NCBI GenBank assembly: GCA_963812135.1
Contig: CAWETU010000001.1
Location: 416,001 to 480,000 of the forward strand
Direction of reading: 5' to 3'
Source: Vulcanimicrobiota bacterium
GTDB lineage: Bacteria > Vulcanimicrobiota > Vulcanimicrobiia > Eremiobacterales > Eremiobacteraceae
DNA length: 64,000 nt
The position numbers and the translations under genes are program-made. The notes under the pieces are model-generated. The model was not told the DNA's origin and did no database searches. It saw nothing but the letters and a program-made list of their open reading frames with translations. Below, in pieces: positions 19,038 to 26,937 of the stretch (positions within the stretch are counted from its first letter, which is position 1; each line of letters starts with the position of its first letter).

Positions 19038-20255
19038 ATGCCATATCTTCCAGGCATGCGTCGGCGCGAGTTCCTCATCGGTGGCACGGCACTTGGAAGC
19101 GCACTGCTCGTCGGTGCGCCCGCTCTCGCGCAGACGGTCACACTCCCGTTCGCAAACGGCACGCGCCCCGTCGCGGCGTATCCCCAAAAGCGTCCGCTCA
19201 TCGTGATGACGACCCGGCCCGTACAGCTGGAAACGCCCATGTCGATCTTCAACGAAGGCGCGTTCACGCCGAACGACGCCTTTTTCGTGCGCTGGCACCT
19301 GGCTGGCGTTCCCACCGACATCGACGTCAACGCATTTCGCATCAACGTCCATGGCTTAGTCTCGTCGCCGCTACAAGTCAGCGTCGCCGACCTCAAGAGC
19401 AGTTACGACTCGATCGAGATCGCCGCGGTGTGCGAATGCTCGGGCAATAGCCGCGGCTTCTTCAATCCACGCGTGGCCGGTGGGCAATGGGGCAACGGCG
19501 CCATGGGCAACGCGTTGTGGAAAGGCGTACGCCTGCGCGATATCCTCACCAAAGCGGGCATCGGTGCGGGCGCAGTGCAGGTGCGATTCAACGGCGCCGA
19601 AGTGCCGGTGTTGCCTGCCACGCCGGACTTCATGAAGTCGCTCGACACGGATCTGGCCATGAGCGACAACGTCATCCTCGCATATTCGATGAACGGCGCA
19701 GACCTGCCAGTGCTCAACGGCTACCCAGTCCGGTTGATCGTGCCGGGATATTTCGCAACATATTGGGTCAAGATGCTCAACGACATCGAAGTGCTGTCCG
19801 AGCCGGATCAGAATTTCTGGATGAAGACCGCATATCGGATTCCAGCGGACCCATGCGGCTGTCAGCAGCCGGGCTCGACCGTCAAGACGATACCGATCAA
19901 TCGCTTGACCGTGCGCTCGTTTATCACGAGCGTCGCGGACGGCGCTCGCGTGAAGTCCGGCGCCGCGCTGACCGTCAGCGGCATCGCCTTCGACAGCGGC
20001 TACGGCATCCAAAGCGTGCTGTTCTCGAGTGACGGCGGCGCGCACTGGACGCCCGCCGCGCTCGGCAAGGACTATGGCAAGTATGCATTTCGGCCGTGGC
20101 AGGCGCGCTTCACGCCGCAAGCCGGAAAGCAGTACACGCTCGGCTCGTTGGCCATGAACACGATCGGGGAGGCTCAACGGCTGGACAACCCGGTCTGGAA
20201 TCCGGGCGGCTACTTGCGCAACACCGTGGAGACGGTTCGCGTCTCCGCGAGCTGA
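19038..20255 (+). CDS. sorA: Molybdopterin sulfite:cytochrome c oxidoreductase subunit A (Tat-exported)
   Basis: RBS GGGGAGG; MRRREFL Tat motif; FFVRWH, CECSGNSR, GAMGNALWKGV, NGYPVRLIVPG. Confidence 0.88.
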   Translation: MPYLPGMRRREFLIGGTALGSALLVGAPALAQTVTLPFANGTRPVAAYPQKRPLIVMTTRPVQLETPMSIFNEGAFTPNDAFFVRWHLAGVPTDIDVNAFRINVHGLVSSPLQVSVADLKSSYDSIEIAAVCECSGNSRGFFNPRVAGGQWGNGAMGNALWKGVRLRDILTKAGIGAGAVQVRFNGAEVPVLPATPDFMKSLDTDLAMSDNVILAYSMNGADLPVLNGYPVRLIVPGYFATYWVKMLNDIEVLSEPDQNFWMKTAYRIPADPCGCQQPGSTVKTIPINRLTVRSFITSVADGARVKSGAALTVSGIAFDSGYGIQSVLFSSDGGAHWTPAALGKDYGKYAFRPWQARFTPQAGKQYTLGSLAMNTIGEAQRLDNPVWNPGGYLRNTVETVRVSAS

Positions 20256-20265
20256 AGAGGGTGTC

Positions 20266-20592
20266 ATGAAGAAGTCGATCGTTCTTGGACTCTTGGCGTT
20301 CGCTGGCGTGGCACTCGCCGGTGTCGCGGTGACCCGCGCAGATCCAGCAGGCTCGATCACGCTGCCACCGCCGGACATCACGCTCAAAGACGGCCCGAAT
20401 GCGGCGTTGGCGCAGTCAAAATGCGTGATCTGCCACTCGGCTGATTACATCTACACCCAGCCGCCGCTCACCAAAGCGCAGTGGACAGCAGAGGTGACGA
20501 AGATGCAGAAAACGTACGGTGCGCCGATCGCAGACGCCGACATCCCGCTGTTGGTGGATTATCTGATGTCGCAGAACGGCAAACAGAGCTGA
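20266..20592 (+). CDS. sorB: Monoheme cytochrome c (SorB-like)
   Basis: Signal peptide; CVICH; KMQKTYGAPI; directly follows sorA. Confidence 0.88.
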   Translation: MKKSIVLGLLAFAGVALAGVAVTRADPAGSITLPPPDITLKDGPNAALAQSKCVICHSADYIYTQPPLTKAQWTAEVTKMQKTYGAPIADADIPLLVDYLMSQNGKQS

Positions 20593-21065
20593 GCGAAGTT
20601 TCGCCGGTCCGCATCCGCCTGGTCGAATCGGCTGACGACATCGACGCCGTCACCCCGCTCTTCGACGCGTATCGCGTCTTCTACAAAGCCCCCTCGGATA
20701 CAGAGGGCTCCCGCGCATTTCTGCTGGAGCGTTGGCGAGCGCGCGAATCGGCGCTCTTCATCGCGTTCGACGGCGACGACGCGATCGCATTCGTACAGCT
20801 GTATCCGCTGTTCTTGTCCGTCGGCATGCGGCGACTTTGGCTGCTCAACGATTTGTACGTCCATCCGGGATCGCGGCGGTCCGGCGTCGGGCGGCAACTG
20901 ATGCAGCGAGCCGAACGGCACGCGCGCGAAACCGGCGCAGCAGGGCTCACCTTGAGCACGGCGCTCGACAACAAGACGGCGCAGGCGCTGTACGAATCGG
21001 AAGGCTACGAGCGCGACGGCCGGTTCTGCGTGTACAACAAGCAGTTCGACGGGAACGGCGTGTAA
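20589..21065 (+). CDS. GNAT N-acetyltransferase (start uncertain: CTG 20589 or GTG 20481)
   Basis: LFDAYRVFY, FVQLYP, LNDLYVHPGSRRSGVG, AQALYESEGY. Confidence 0.88.
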   Translation: MSEVSPVRIRLVESADDIDAVTPLFDAYRVFYKAPSDTEGSRAFLLERWRARESALFIAFDGDDAIAFVQLYPLFLSVGMRRLWLLNDLYVHPGSRRSGVGRQLMQRAERHARETGAAGLTLSTALDNKTAQALYESEGYERDGRFCVYNKQFDGNGV

Positions 21066-21101
21066 GTCGGAAAGCCGCCTCGATCTGGGTATAAGGCAGA
21101 T

Positions 21102-21584
21102 ATGAAGAAGATCATATTTGCCTCATTCCTGGGCCTGGCGCTGGCGACGTCGATGGTCAGCATGGCTCGCGCCGACACCGATCCGCCAAAGGCATGGCAG
21201 GACGTACGCGCATTGGTCGTGCGTTTCAACGACGCGCAGAACGCCCACAATCTCGATGTGATCGGCGCGCTGCTGGTGAATTCGCCTGATTTCGTGTGGA
21301 CGGTCGGACCGACCGTGCAACACGGCCGCGACGCCGCGCTCGGTCAGCTGGCGGCGATGTATCAGCAAGCGAACTGGAGCGTGCTGCCGGATTATGGTGC
21401 CCTTAATATCCAGTTGCTGGGCGACAGTCAAGCAGACGTGACGTTGCCGACGCAGTTCAAGGCGACGACGGCGCTGCAAGACACCACGATGCAGGCGGTA
21501 GTCCATGAGCGCGCGGTCAAAACGCCTGAAGGCTGGCGAATCGCCTCAGTAGCGGTGCAGGCACAGCCCGCGGCCGCGTTTTAG
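21102..21584 (+). CDS. Secreted NTF2/SnoaL-like protein
   Basis: Signal peptide; FNDAQNAHNLD; GRDAAL; VKTPEGWRIAS. Confidence 0.75.
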   Translation: MKKIIFASFLGLALATSMVSMARADTDPPKAWQDVRALVVRFNDAQNAHNLDVIGALLVNSPDFVWTVGPTVQHGRDAALGQLAAMYQQANWSVLPDYGALNIQLLGDSQADVTLPTQFKATTALQDTTMQAVVHERAVKTPEGWRIASVAVQAQPAAAF

Positions 21585-21612
21585 CGTCCCGCAGCTAGGG
21601 CGGGTTGTTCAC

Positions 21613-22569
21613 ATGGGGCGAGAACCAGGCGCGGCTATGGGTTTGGGAGACGAAGTCCGCGCAGGGCTGACGGCGCATCCGAAGACGCTGCCGACCAAGT
21701 ATCTGTACGACGATCTTGGTTCGGCGCTCTTCGAAGTGATCTGCCTCCTGCCCGAGTATTATCTCACCCGGTCGGAAGCGGCGATTCTGCGCGCGCATGC
21801 GCGCGACATCGTCGCTGCGGTCGGCGATACGCTTGAGATCGTCGAGCTCGGCAGCGGTACCGCCACCAAAACCCGCTTGCTGCTCGACGCAGCGCTCGCG
21901 CGCCAGGGCACGCTACGCTACAGCCCCATCGACATCTCGCGCTCCGCGTTGGATCAGACGGTCCATGCGCTCAATGCCGAGTATCCGGCGATCACCGTCG
22001 ACCCGCAGGTCGCCGACTATTTCGAAGGGCTGCGGCGCTTCTCGCGCAACGGCGTCGAGCGCACGCTCGTGCTGTTCTTGGGGTCGAATATCGGCAACTT
22101 CGAGCCGTATGAAGCGCGGCGCACGCTGAGCGCCGTCCGCGAGACCTTGCGCCCCGGCGATTCGCTGCTCATGGGCGCCGACATGAAAAAGGACGTCGCC
22201 ATCCTCGAGGCGGCTTATAATGACAAGCTCGGCGTTACCGCCGCTTTCAACAAGAACCTGTTGTGGCGCATCAATCGCGAGCTCGGCGGCCATTTCGACC
22301 TCGACTCGTTCCGGCATCGAGCGAAATACAACTCGGCCGAAGGACGCGTCGAGATGCATCTGATCAGCGACACAGCGCAGGACGTCGCCATCGACGCGCT
22401 CGGCATGACCGTCCATTTCGAGCCCGGCGAAAGCATACACACCGAATCTTCTTATAAATACAACCCCAAGCAGGTCGAAGCGCTTGCCGATGAGACAGGC
22501 TTCAAGGTCTTACAGACCTGGACCGACCAAGCCAAGACCTTCACGTCAAACCTGCTCGTCGCACGCTGA
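21613..22569 (+). CDS. egtD: L-histidine N-alpha-trimethyltransferase
   Basis: KTLPTKYLYDDLGSALF, PEYYLTR, ELGSG, FLGSNIGNF, AAYND.LGVTAAFN, VEMHL, IHTESSYKY. Confidence 0.92.
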   Translation: MGREPGAAMGLGDEVRAGLTAHPKTLPTKYLYDDLGSALFEVICLLPEYYLTRSEAAILRAHARDIVAAVGDTLEIVELGSGTATKTRLLLDAALARQGTLRYSPIDISRSALDQTVHALNAEYPAITVDPQVADYFEGLRRFSRNGVERTLVLFLGSNIGNFEPYEARRTLSAVRETLRPGDSLLMGADMKKDVAILEAAYNDKLGVTAAFNKNLLWRINRELGGHFDLDSFRHRAKYNSAEGRVEMHLISDTAQDVAIDALGMTVHFEPGESIHTESSYKYNPKQVEALADETGFKVLQTWTDQAKTFTSNLLVAR

Positions 22570-22574
22570 TCCGA

Positions 22575-23207
22575 TCAAGCGGGGGTCGCCGCAAGGTGGC
22601 GGCGATAGCGCGCCTCCATCCGGCGTAACGCAAAATCAACCGTGATCGCTAGCGCCGCTGAGACAAGCGCGCCGGCTACAGCCTTTGCCGGATAGTCCGA
22701 CTGGATGCCGCCGAGCACGAGCGTGCCGAGGCCGCCCGCGTCGATCCAGGCCGCGACGTTCGCGATGCCGATGATCGAGACCGCGGCGACGCGCACGCCG
22801 GCGAGCGCGACCGGCATCGCGAGCGGCCGCTCCACGGACCAGAACACCTGCCACGAACTCATGCCCATGCCGCGCGCCGCTTCGACGACTGCGGGGTCGA
22901 CGCCGTTGATGCCGGCGGCGATGTTGCGCACGAGGATCATCTGCGCATATGCGGCGAGCGCGACGAGCGCCGTCGTGAATCCGAGGCCGAGCGCAGGGAT
23001 GAGCAGCGCGAACAACGCGAGACTCGGGATCGTGTAGATCACGCCGAGCAGGCCGAAGATCGCAGGCCGCGCGATCGCCGAGCGCGCCGCCAACACGCCT
23101 AAAGGAATGGCGAACAGCAGCGCGAGCGTGAGCGCGGCGACGCTGAGCCAGATGTGCTGCCCCAGCGCTTTGGCGACGATGTCGGGATGCGCGAACAAGT
23201 ACTGCAT
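22575..23207 (-). CDS. OpuC/OsmF-type ABC transporter permease
   Basis: YTIPSLALF, EAARGMGMS, GGLG. Confidence 0.92.
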   Translation of the reverse strand: MQYLFAHPDIVAKALGQHIWLSVAALTLALLFAIPLGVLAARSAIARPAIFGLLGVIYTIPSLALFALLIPALGLGFTTALVALAAYAQMILVRNIAAGINGVDPAVVEAARGMGMSSWQVFWSVERPLAMPVALAGVRVAAVSIIGIANVAAWIDAGGLGTLVLGGIQSDYPAKAVAGALVSAALAITVDFALRRMEARYRRHLAATPA

Positions 23208-23208
23208 G

Positions 23209-24189
23209 TCAGCGCTTCTGGGTGGCCGGTTTGGCCGCACGCTGCAGGTCGGACCACGTCAGCGAACCTACCGGACCGCCCGCGGCGTCCACCACGAGCA
23301 ACGACTGCACGCCGGTCGAGATCATCAGCGAGAGCGCCGTGCGCAGATCTCGATCTAGCGAGATGCGATGGCCGCTTGATGGCAGCGGGGCTTCGCCGGC
23401 GGGCGACATGACGGAGCCGACCTTCATCACCGAAAAGCGCCGCATCACGTCGTCCGCATTGAGCAGGGCAGCGACGAAGACGTTTGCCGGACCAGTGATG
23501 ATGTCCAACGGCGTGCCGGCTTGCTCCACGCGGCCGGCCTTCATGACGACCAAGAGGTCGGCGAGGCGCAGCGCCTCGTCGACGTCGTGGGTCACGAATG
23601 CGATCGTCTTGTGCAGCCGCGCGTGCAGCTCGGCCAATTCGTGCTGGAGCCGCTCGCGTTCGATCGCGTCGAGCGCGCCGAACGGTTCATCCATCAACAA
23701 GATCTGCGGATCCGCCGCCAGCGCGCGCGCGAGCCCGATCCGTTGCTGCTGACCGCCGGAAAGCTGCGAAGGATACCGCTGCCGATAGCGTTCGGGTTCC
23801 AGATGCACAAGCGCGAGCAGCTCGTCAACCCGCGCAGTGATGCGCGCGCGATCCCAGCCCAGCAACGATGGAACGACCGAGATGTTCTCCGCAATGGTCA
23901 TGTGCGGGAACAGGCCGACTTGCTGGATCACATAGCCGATGCCGCGGCGCAACGCCACCGGATCCGTCGTGGCGACGTCGACGCCGTCCACCAGCACGCG
24001 GCCGGAGGTCACGTCGTAGAGACGATTGATCGTCTTGAGCAGCGTCGTCTTGCCGCTCCCGGACGGCCCGACGAACACCGCAAACGTGCCGGGTGGGATC
24101 GCCAAGCTGACATCGTTGACCGCATGCTCGCCACCGGGATAGGCCTTGACGACGTGGTCGAACGCGATCGCCGCGCGGGCGTAGGCCAT
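23209..24189 (-). CDS. OpuC/OsmF-type ABC transporter ATPase with C-terminal CBS domain
   Basis: [43 protein letters not shown]. Confidence 0.94.
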   Translation of the reverse strand: MAYARAAIAFDHVVKAYPGGEHAVNDVSLAIPPGTFAVFVGPSGSGKTTLLKTINRLYDVTSGRVLVDGVDVATTDPVALRRGIGYVIQQVGLFPHMTIAENISVVPSLLGWDRARITARVDELLALVHLEPERYRQRYPSQLSGGQQQRIGLARALAADPQILLMDEPFGALDAIERERLQHELAELHARLHKTIAFVTHDVDEALRLADLLVVMKAGRVEQAGTPLDIITGPANVFVAALLNADDVMRRFSVMKVGSVMSPAGEAPLPSSGHRISLDRDLRTALSLMISTGVQSLLVVDAAGGPVGSLTWSDLQRAAKPATQKR

Positions 24190-24191
24190 CG

Positions 24192-25100
24192 TCAGAGCAG
24201 CGATGCCTGTGTGAGGAAGGCGTGCGCCACGTCAGCGGGCTCTTGGCGTATCCCGTCCACCTGATAGTTCAGGTGCCGCATGACGACGTCGGTGAGGAGC
24301 GGCGCGAGCCGGTTGAGCGTCGGCGCGATCGAAGGATACGCTTGCAGCGCCTGGGCGCGCACCACTGGTGCGACCGGGTACGGCGGGAAGAAGCGGCGAT
24401 CGTCTTCGAGCACGACCAAGTGGTCGGCGTCGATCTGTCCGTCGGTGCCGAACGCCACGACGATATCGACCGCGCCGGTCTCGAGCGCTTTATATTTGAG
24501 ACCGATGTCAACCGGCACGACCTTGGCGAACGCAAACCCGCCGTACGCCTTGATCAACCCCGGCAAGCCGTCGGGCCGCTCAAGGAACTCGTGCGGCGCG
24601 CCCAGCCGCAGTTTCGGCGCCGCACGCGAGCAGTCGGACAAAGTCCGCAATCCGTATTTCGCCGCGATCGGCGACGTCGTTGCCAGCGCCTGCGTGTCGT
24701 TCATCGGAGCCGGATCGAGCACCACGAGCTGATATTGTTTGGCATACTCGGCCTTGACCAATTCGTAGACCGCTTGGCGATCGGCGATCGGCGCGTGCTT
24801 GAGCACGACCAGCAGCGCGGTGCCGGTGTATTCCGGATACAGATCGATGTCGCCGCGCGCGAGCGCAGGCATGACCACTTGTGTGCTGCCGAGGTTCAGA
24901 CGGCGCTCGACCGTGAGGCCGGCGTGTTCGAGCAGCGCCGCATACATCTCGCCCAGGACGAGCTCCTCGGTGAAATTCTTTGAGCCGACCTTGACGTTGG
25001 CGCGTCGCGCGCAGGCCGCCGGTAGCAATGCGGACGGCATCAGCGCCGCCAGCGCAAGCGATGAGAGTGCCCGGCGGCGCGTGATGCGCGCGATCTTCAT
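24192..25100 (-). CDS. Quaternary-ammonium (betaine-type) substrate-binding lipoprotein
   Basis: TRRRAL Tat-like leader; lipobox-like PAAC; VGSKNFTE, YPEYTGT, RPDGLPG, TDG, LEDDRRFFPPY. Confidence 0.92.
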   Translation of the reverse strand: MKIARITRRRALSSLALAALMPSALLPAACARRANVKVGSKNFTEELVLGEMYAALLEHAGLTVERRLNLGSTQVVMPALARGDIDLYPEYTGTALLVVLKHAPIADRQAVYELVKAEYAKQYQLVVLDPAPMNDTQALATTSPIAAKYGLRTLSDCSRAAPKLRLGAPHEFLERPDGLPGLIKAYGGFAFAKVVPVDIGLKYKALETGAVDIVVAFGTDGQIDADHLVVLEDDRRFFPPYPVAPVVRAQALQAYPSIAPTLNRLAPLLTDVVMRHLNYQVDGIRQEPADVAHAFLTQASLL

Positions 25101-25744
25101 GCGCGAGCCAGCGCCGGCGCGGCGAGTTGCCGTTGCGTCAAAGCGAGCACGCCTTCGGCGACGAGTGCGAGCAGCGCCACGCACAACGCGCCGGCGAGCA
25201 GCTCTCCGACGTCATCGTTCTGCAAACCGGCGATGATGAGATCGCCCAAACCGCCGCCGCCGATAAACGCCGCGAGGGTCGCCGACGCGATCACCTCGAC
25301 GGCTGCGGTCCTCACGCCGGCCAGGATCACGGGAGCGGCAAGCGGCGTCTCGACGCGGCGCAATACTTGGCCCGGCAGCATCCCCATGCCGACGGCGGCT
25401 TCGACGGCCGCACGATCCACGGAACGGTAGCCGACGTCGGTGTTGATGAGGATCGGCGGGATCGCGAGCAAAGTCAGCGCGACGAGCGCCGGTTTTGACC
25501 CAAGGCCGAGCACGGGCAGCATCAGGGCCAAAACCGCGAGGCTTGGTATAGAGCGCAACGCGGTCATGACGCCGATGACCGTCGAGCCGGCAGGGTGCCG
25601 AGACGTCCAGATCCCGAGCGGAATGCAGAGCGCGCAGGCGATCGCCAGCGCGGTGAAGCTCAAACCGACGTGCACCCCGACCGCGTGCGCGAGCGCTTGG
25701 TGATTGGCGGCGACGTACGTCCAGAGCGCTTGGGCCGCGGTCAT
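25097..25744 (-). CDS. OpuC/OsmF-type ABC transporter permease
   Basis: IPSLAVLA, EAAVGMGM, ATLAAFIGGGGLG. Confidence 0.92.
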   Translation of the reverse strand: MTAAQALWTYVAANHQALAHAVGVHVGLSFTALAIACALCIPLGIWTSRHPAGSTVIGVMTALRSIPSLAVLALMLPVLGLGSKPALVALTLLAIPPILINTDVGYRSVDRAAVEAAVGMGMLPGQVLRRVETPLAAPVILAGVRTAAVEVIASATLAAFIGGGGLGDLIIAGLQNDDVGELLAGALCVALLALVAEGVLALTQRQLAAPALARA

Positions 25745-26370
25745 GACGGCCCACCTTCTGCCGCGAGCGTCGCGCGCACCTCTTCGTCGGATACTTCGCG
25801 AAAGTCAGCGTAATAGCGCCCAACCGCAAAGTGCCACTCGGTCGCCGGGATCAAGACGACGAGGCGGTCGCAACTCGCGCGCAGGCGGCCGAGAAAATCG
25901 GCCGGCGCGACCGGCACGGCGCACACGATGCGCGTGGCGCCGCGGCGGCGAGCGGACTCGATCGCGCATAGCATGGTCGCGCTGGTCGCGATGCCGTCGT
26001 CGACGATGATCGCCGGTTTGCCGCGCACGTCCACGGGCGGGCGGTCGCCGCGCAACGAGGTCTCGAGCGCGCCCGCGCGCGCTTGCGCCGCGGCGATCAG
26101 GACATCAAGCTCTGCTTTCGAAACGTCGCGTGCGTGATCGGTGAGCACGACATCGCCCGTCGCGGAAACCGCACCCATCGCCAGTTCCGGCTGGGCGGGA
26201 TGGCCGACTTTGCGAACGACGACGACGTCGAGAGGGTCGCGCAACGCACGCGCGACCGGATCTGCGACCAGCACGCCGCCGCGCGCGATGCCGAGCACGG
26301 CTCCCGGCGATTCGTCGCGGAGCCTTTCGGCGAGCAGCGCGCCGGCTGCCCTACGGTCGGCGAAGATCGT
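25741..26370 (-). CDS. Phosphoribosyltransferase-family protein (non-canonical start or fused to PilZ)
   Basis: Conserved N-terminus IFADRRAAGALLA lies upstream of the called GTG 26298; RGGV, RKVGHP, IIVDDGIATSAT, AVGRYYADF. Confidence 0.85.
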   Translation of the reverse strand, partial: TIFADRRAAGALLAERLRDESPGAVLGIARGGVLVADPVARALRDPLDVVVVRKVGHPAQPELAMGAVSATGDVVLTDHARDVSKAELDVLIAAAQARAGALETSLRGDRPPVDVRGKPAIIVDDGIATSATMLCAIESARRRGATRIVCAVPVAPADFLGRLRASCDRLVVLIPATEWHFAVGRYYADFREVSDEEVRATLAAEGGPS

Positions 26371-26785
26371 TCTGAACGGGACTCGTCGAGAAGGCGCGGA
26401 CGCCGAATTGGCTTGCGCTTGCGCGCTCGCTCACGTATGTGTCGAGCCGATAGCGCTCATCGTCGCTGATCCATACGAAGCGCAAGCCGTAACGCGCGTG
26501 GAAACCGCTCGCTCCCGGCAACATGTAGATGACCTTCGCTTGGATCTCATAACGCTGATCGAGCCCGAAATACATCGCGACTCCGACCTGTTGACCGACG
26601 CGCAAGCGCTGGTGGGTGCGCAAACAAGCGCCCCCCGCCGAAACGTCCTGCAGGATCGCGGGCTGCACTTCGCCGTCCCCTAACACCAGCCGGACCGGTT
26701 CGCTCATCGCCAGACGCGTTGATAGGCGAGGCTTTAAACCAGACCCGCCCGGCTTTTTCTTGAAGAGGAACCCAAAAATGGACAT
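26351..26785 (-). CDS. PilZ-domain c-di-GMP receptor
   Basis: RxxxR (RLSTR) and DxSxxG (DVSAGG); YGLRF. Confidence 0.85.
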   Translation of the reverse strand: MSIFGFLFKKKPGGSGLKPRLSTRLAMSEPVRLVLGDGEVQPAILQDVSAGGACLRTHQRLRVGQQVGVAMYFGLDQRYEIQAKVIYMLPGASGFHARYGLRFVWISDDERYRLDTYVSERASASQFGVRAFSTSPVQNDLRRP

Positions 26786-26838
26786 TATTCGGAGCGTGCA
26801 GCCCCCGCCGTCCTACTCACTTGGTCCCCCAAGTCTTA

Positions 26839-26868
26839 ATGATACGTTTACGCCTACGGACCTGTCAA
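26839..26868 (-). promoter_or_regulatory. Sigma70-type promoter for the pilZ-PRTase-ABC unit
   Basis: Minus strand TTGACA-N18-TATCAT; the -35 is overlapped by the inverted repeat CCTGTC-N5-GACAGG. Confidence 0.6.
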
Positions 26869-26937
26869 GCCGACAGGCCGTTCGCCTTCCCGAAGCCCGC
26901 TTTTTCCGAAGGTCCGCTGTCCCTAAGAGAGGGGCTT

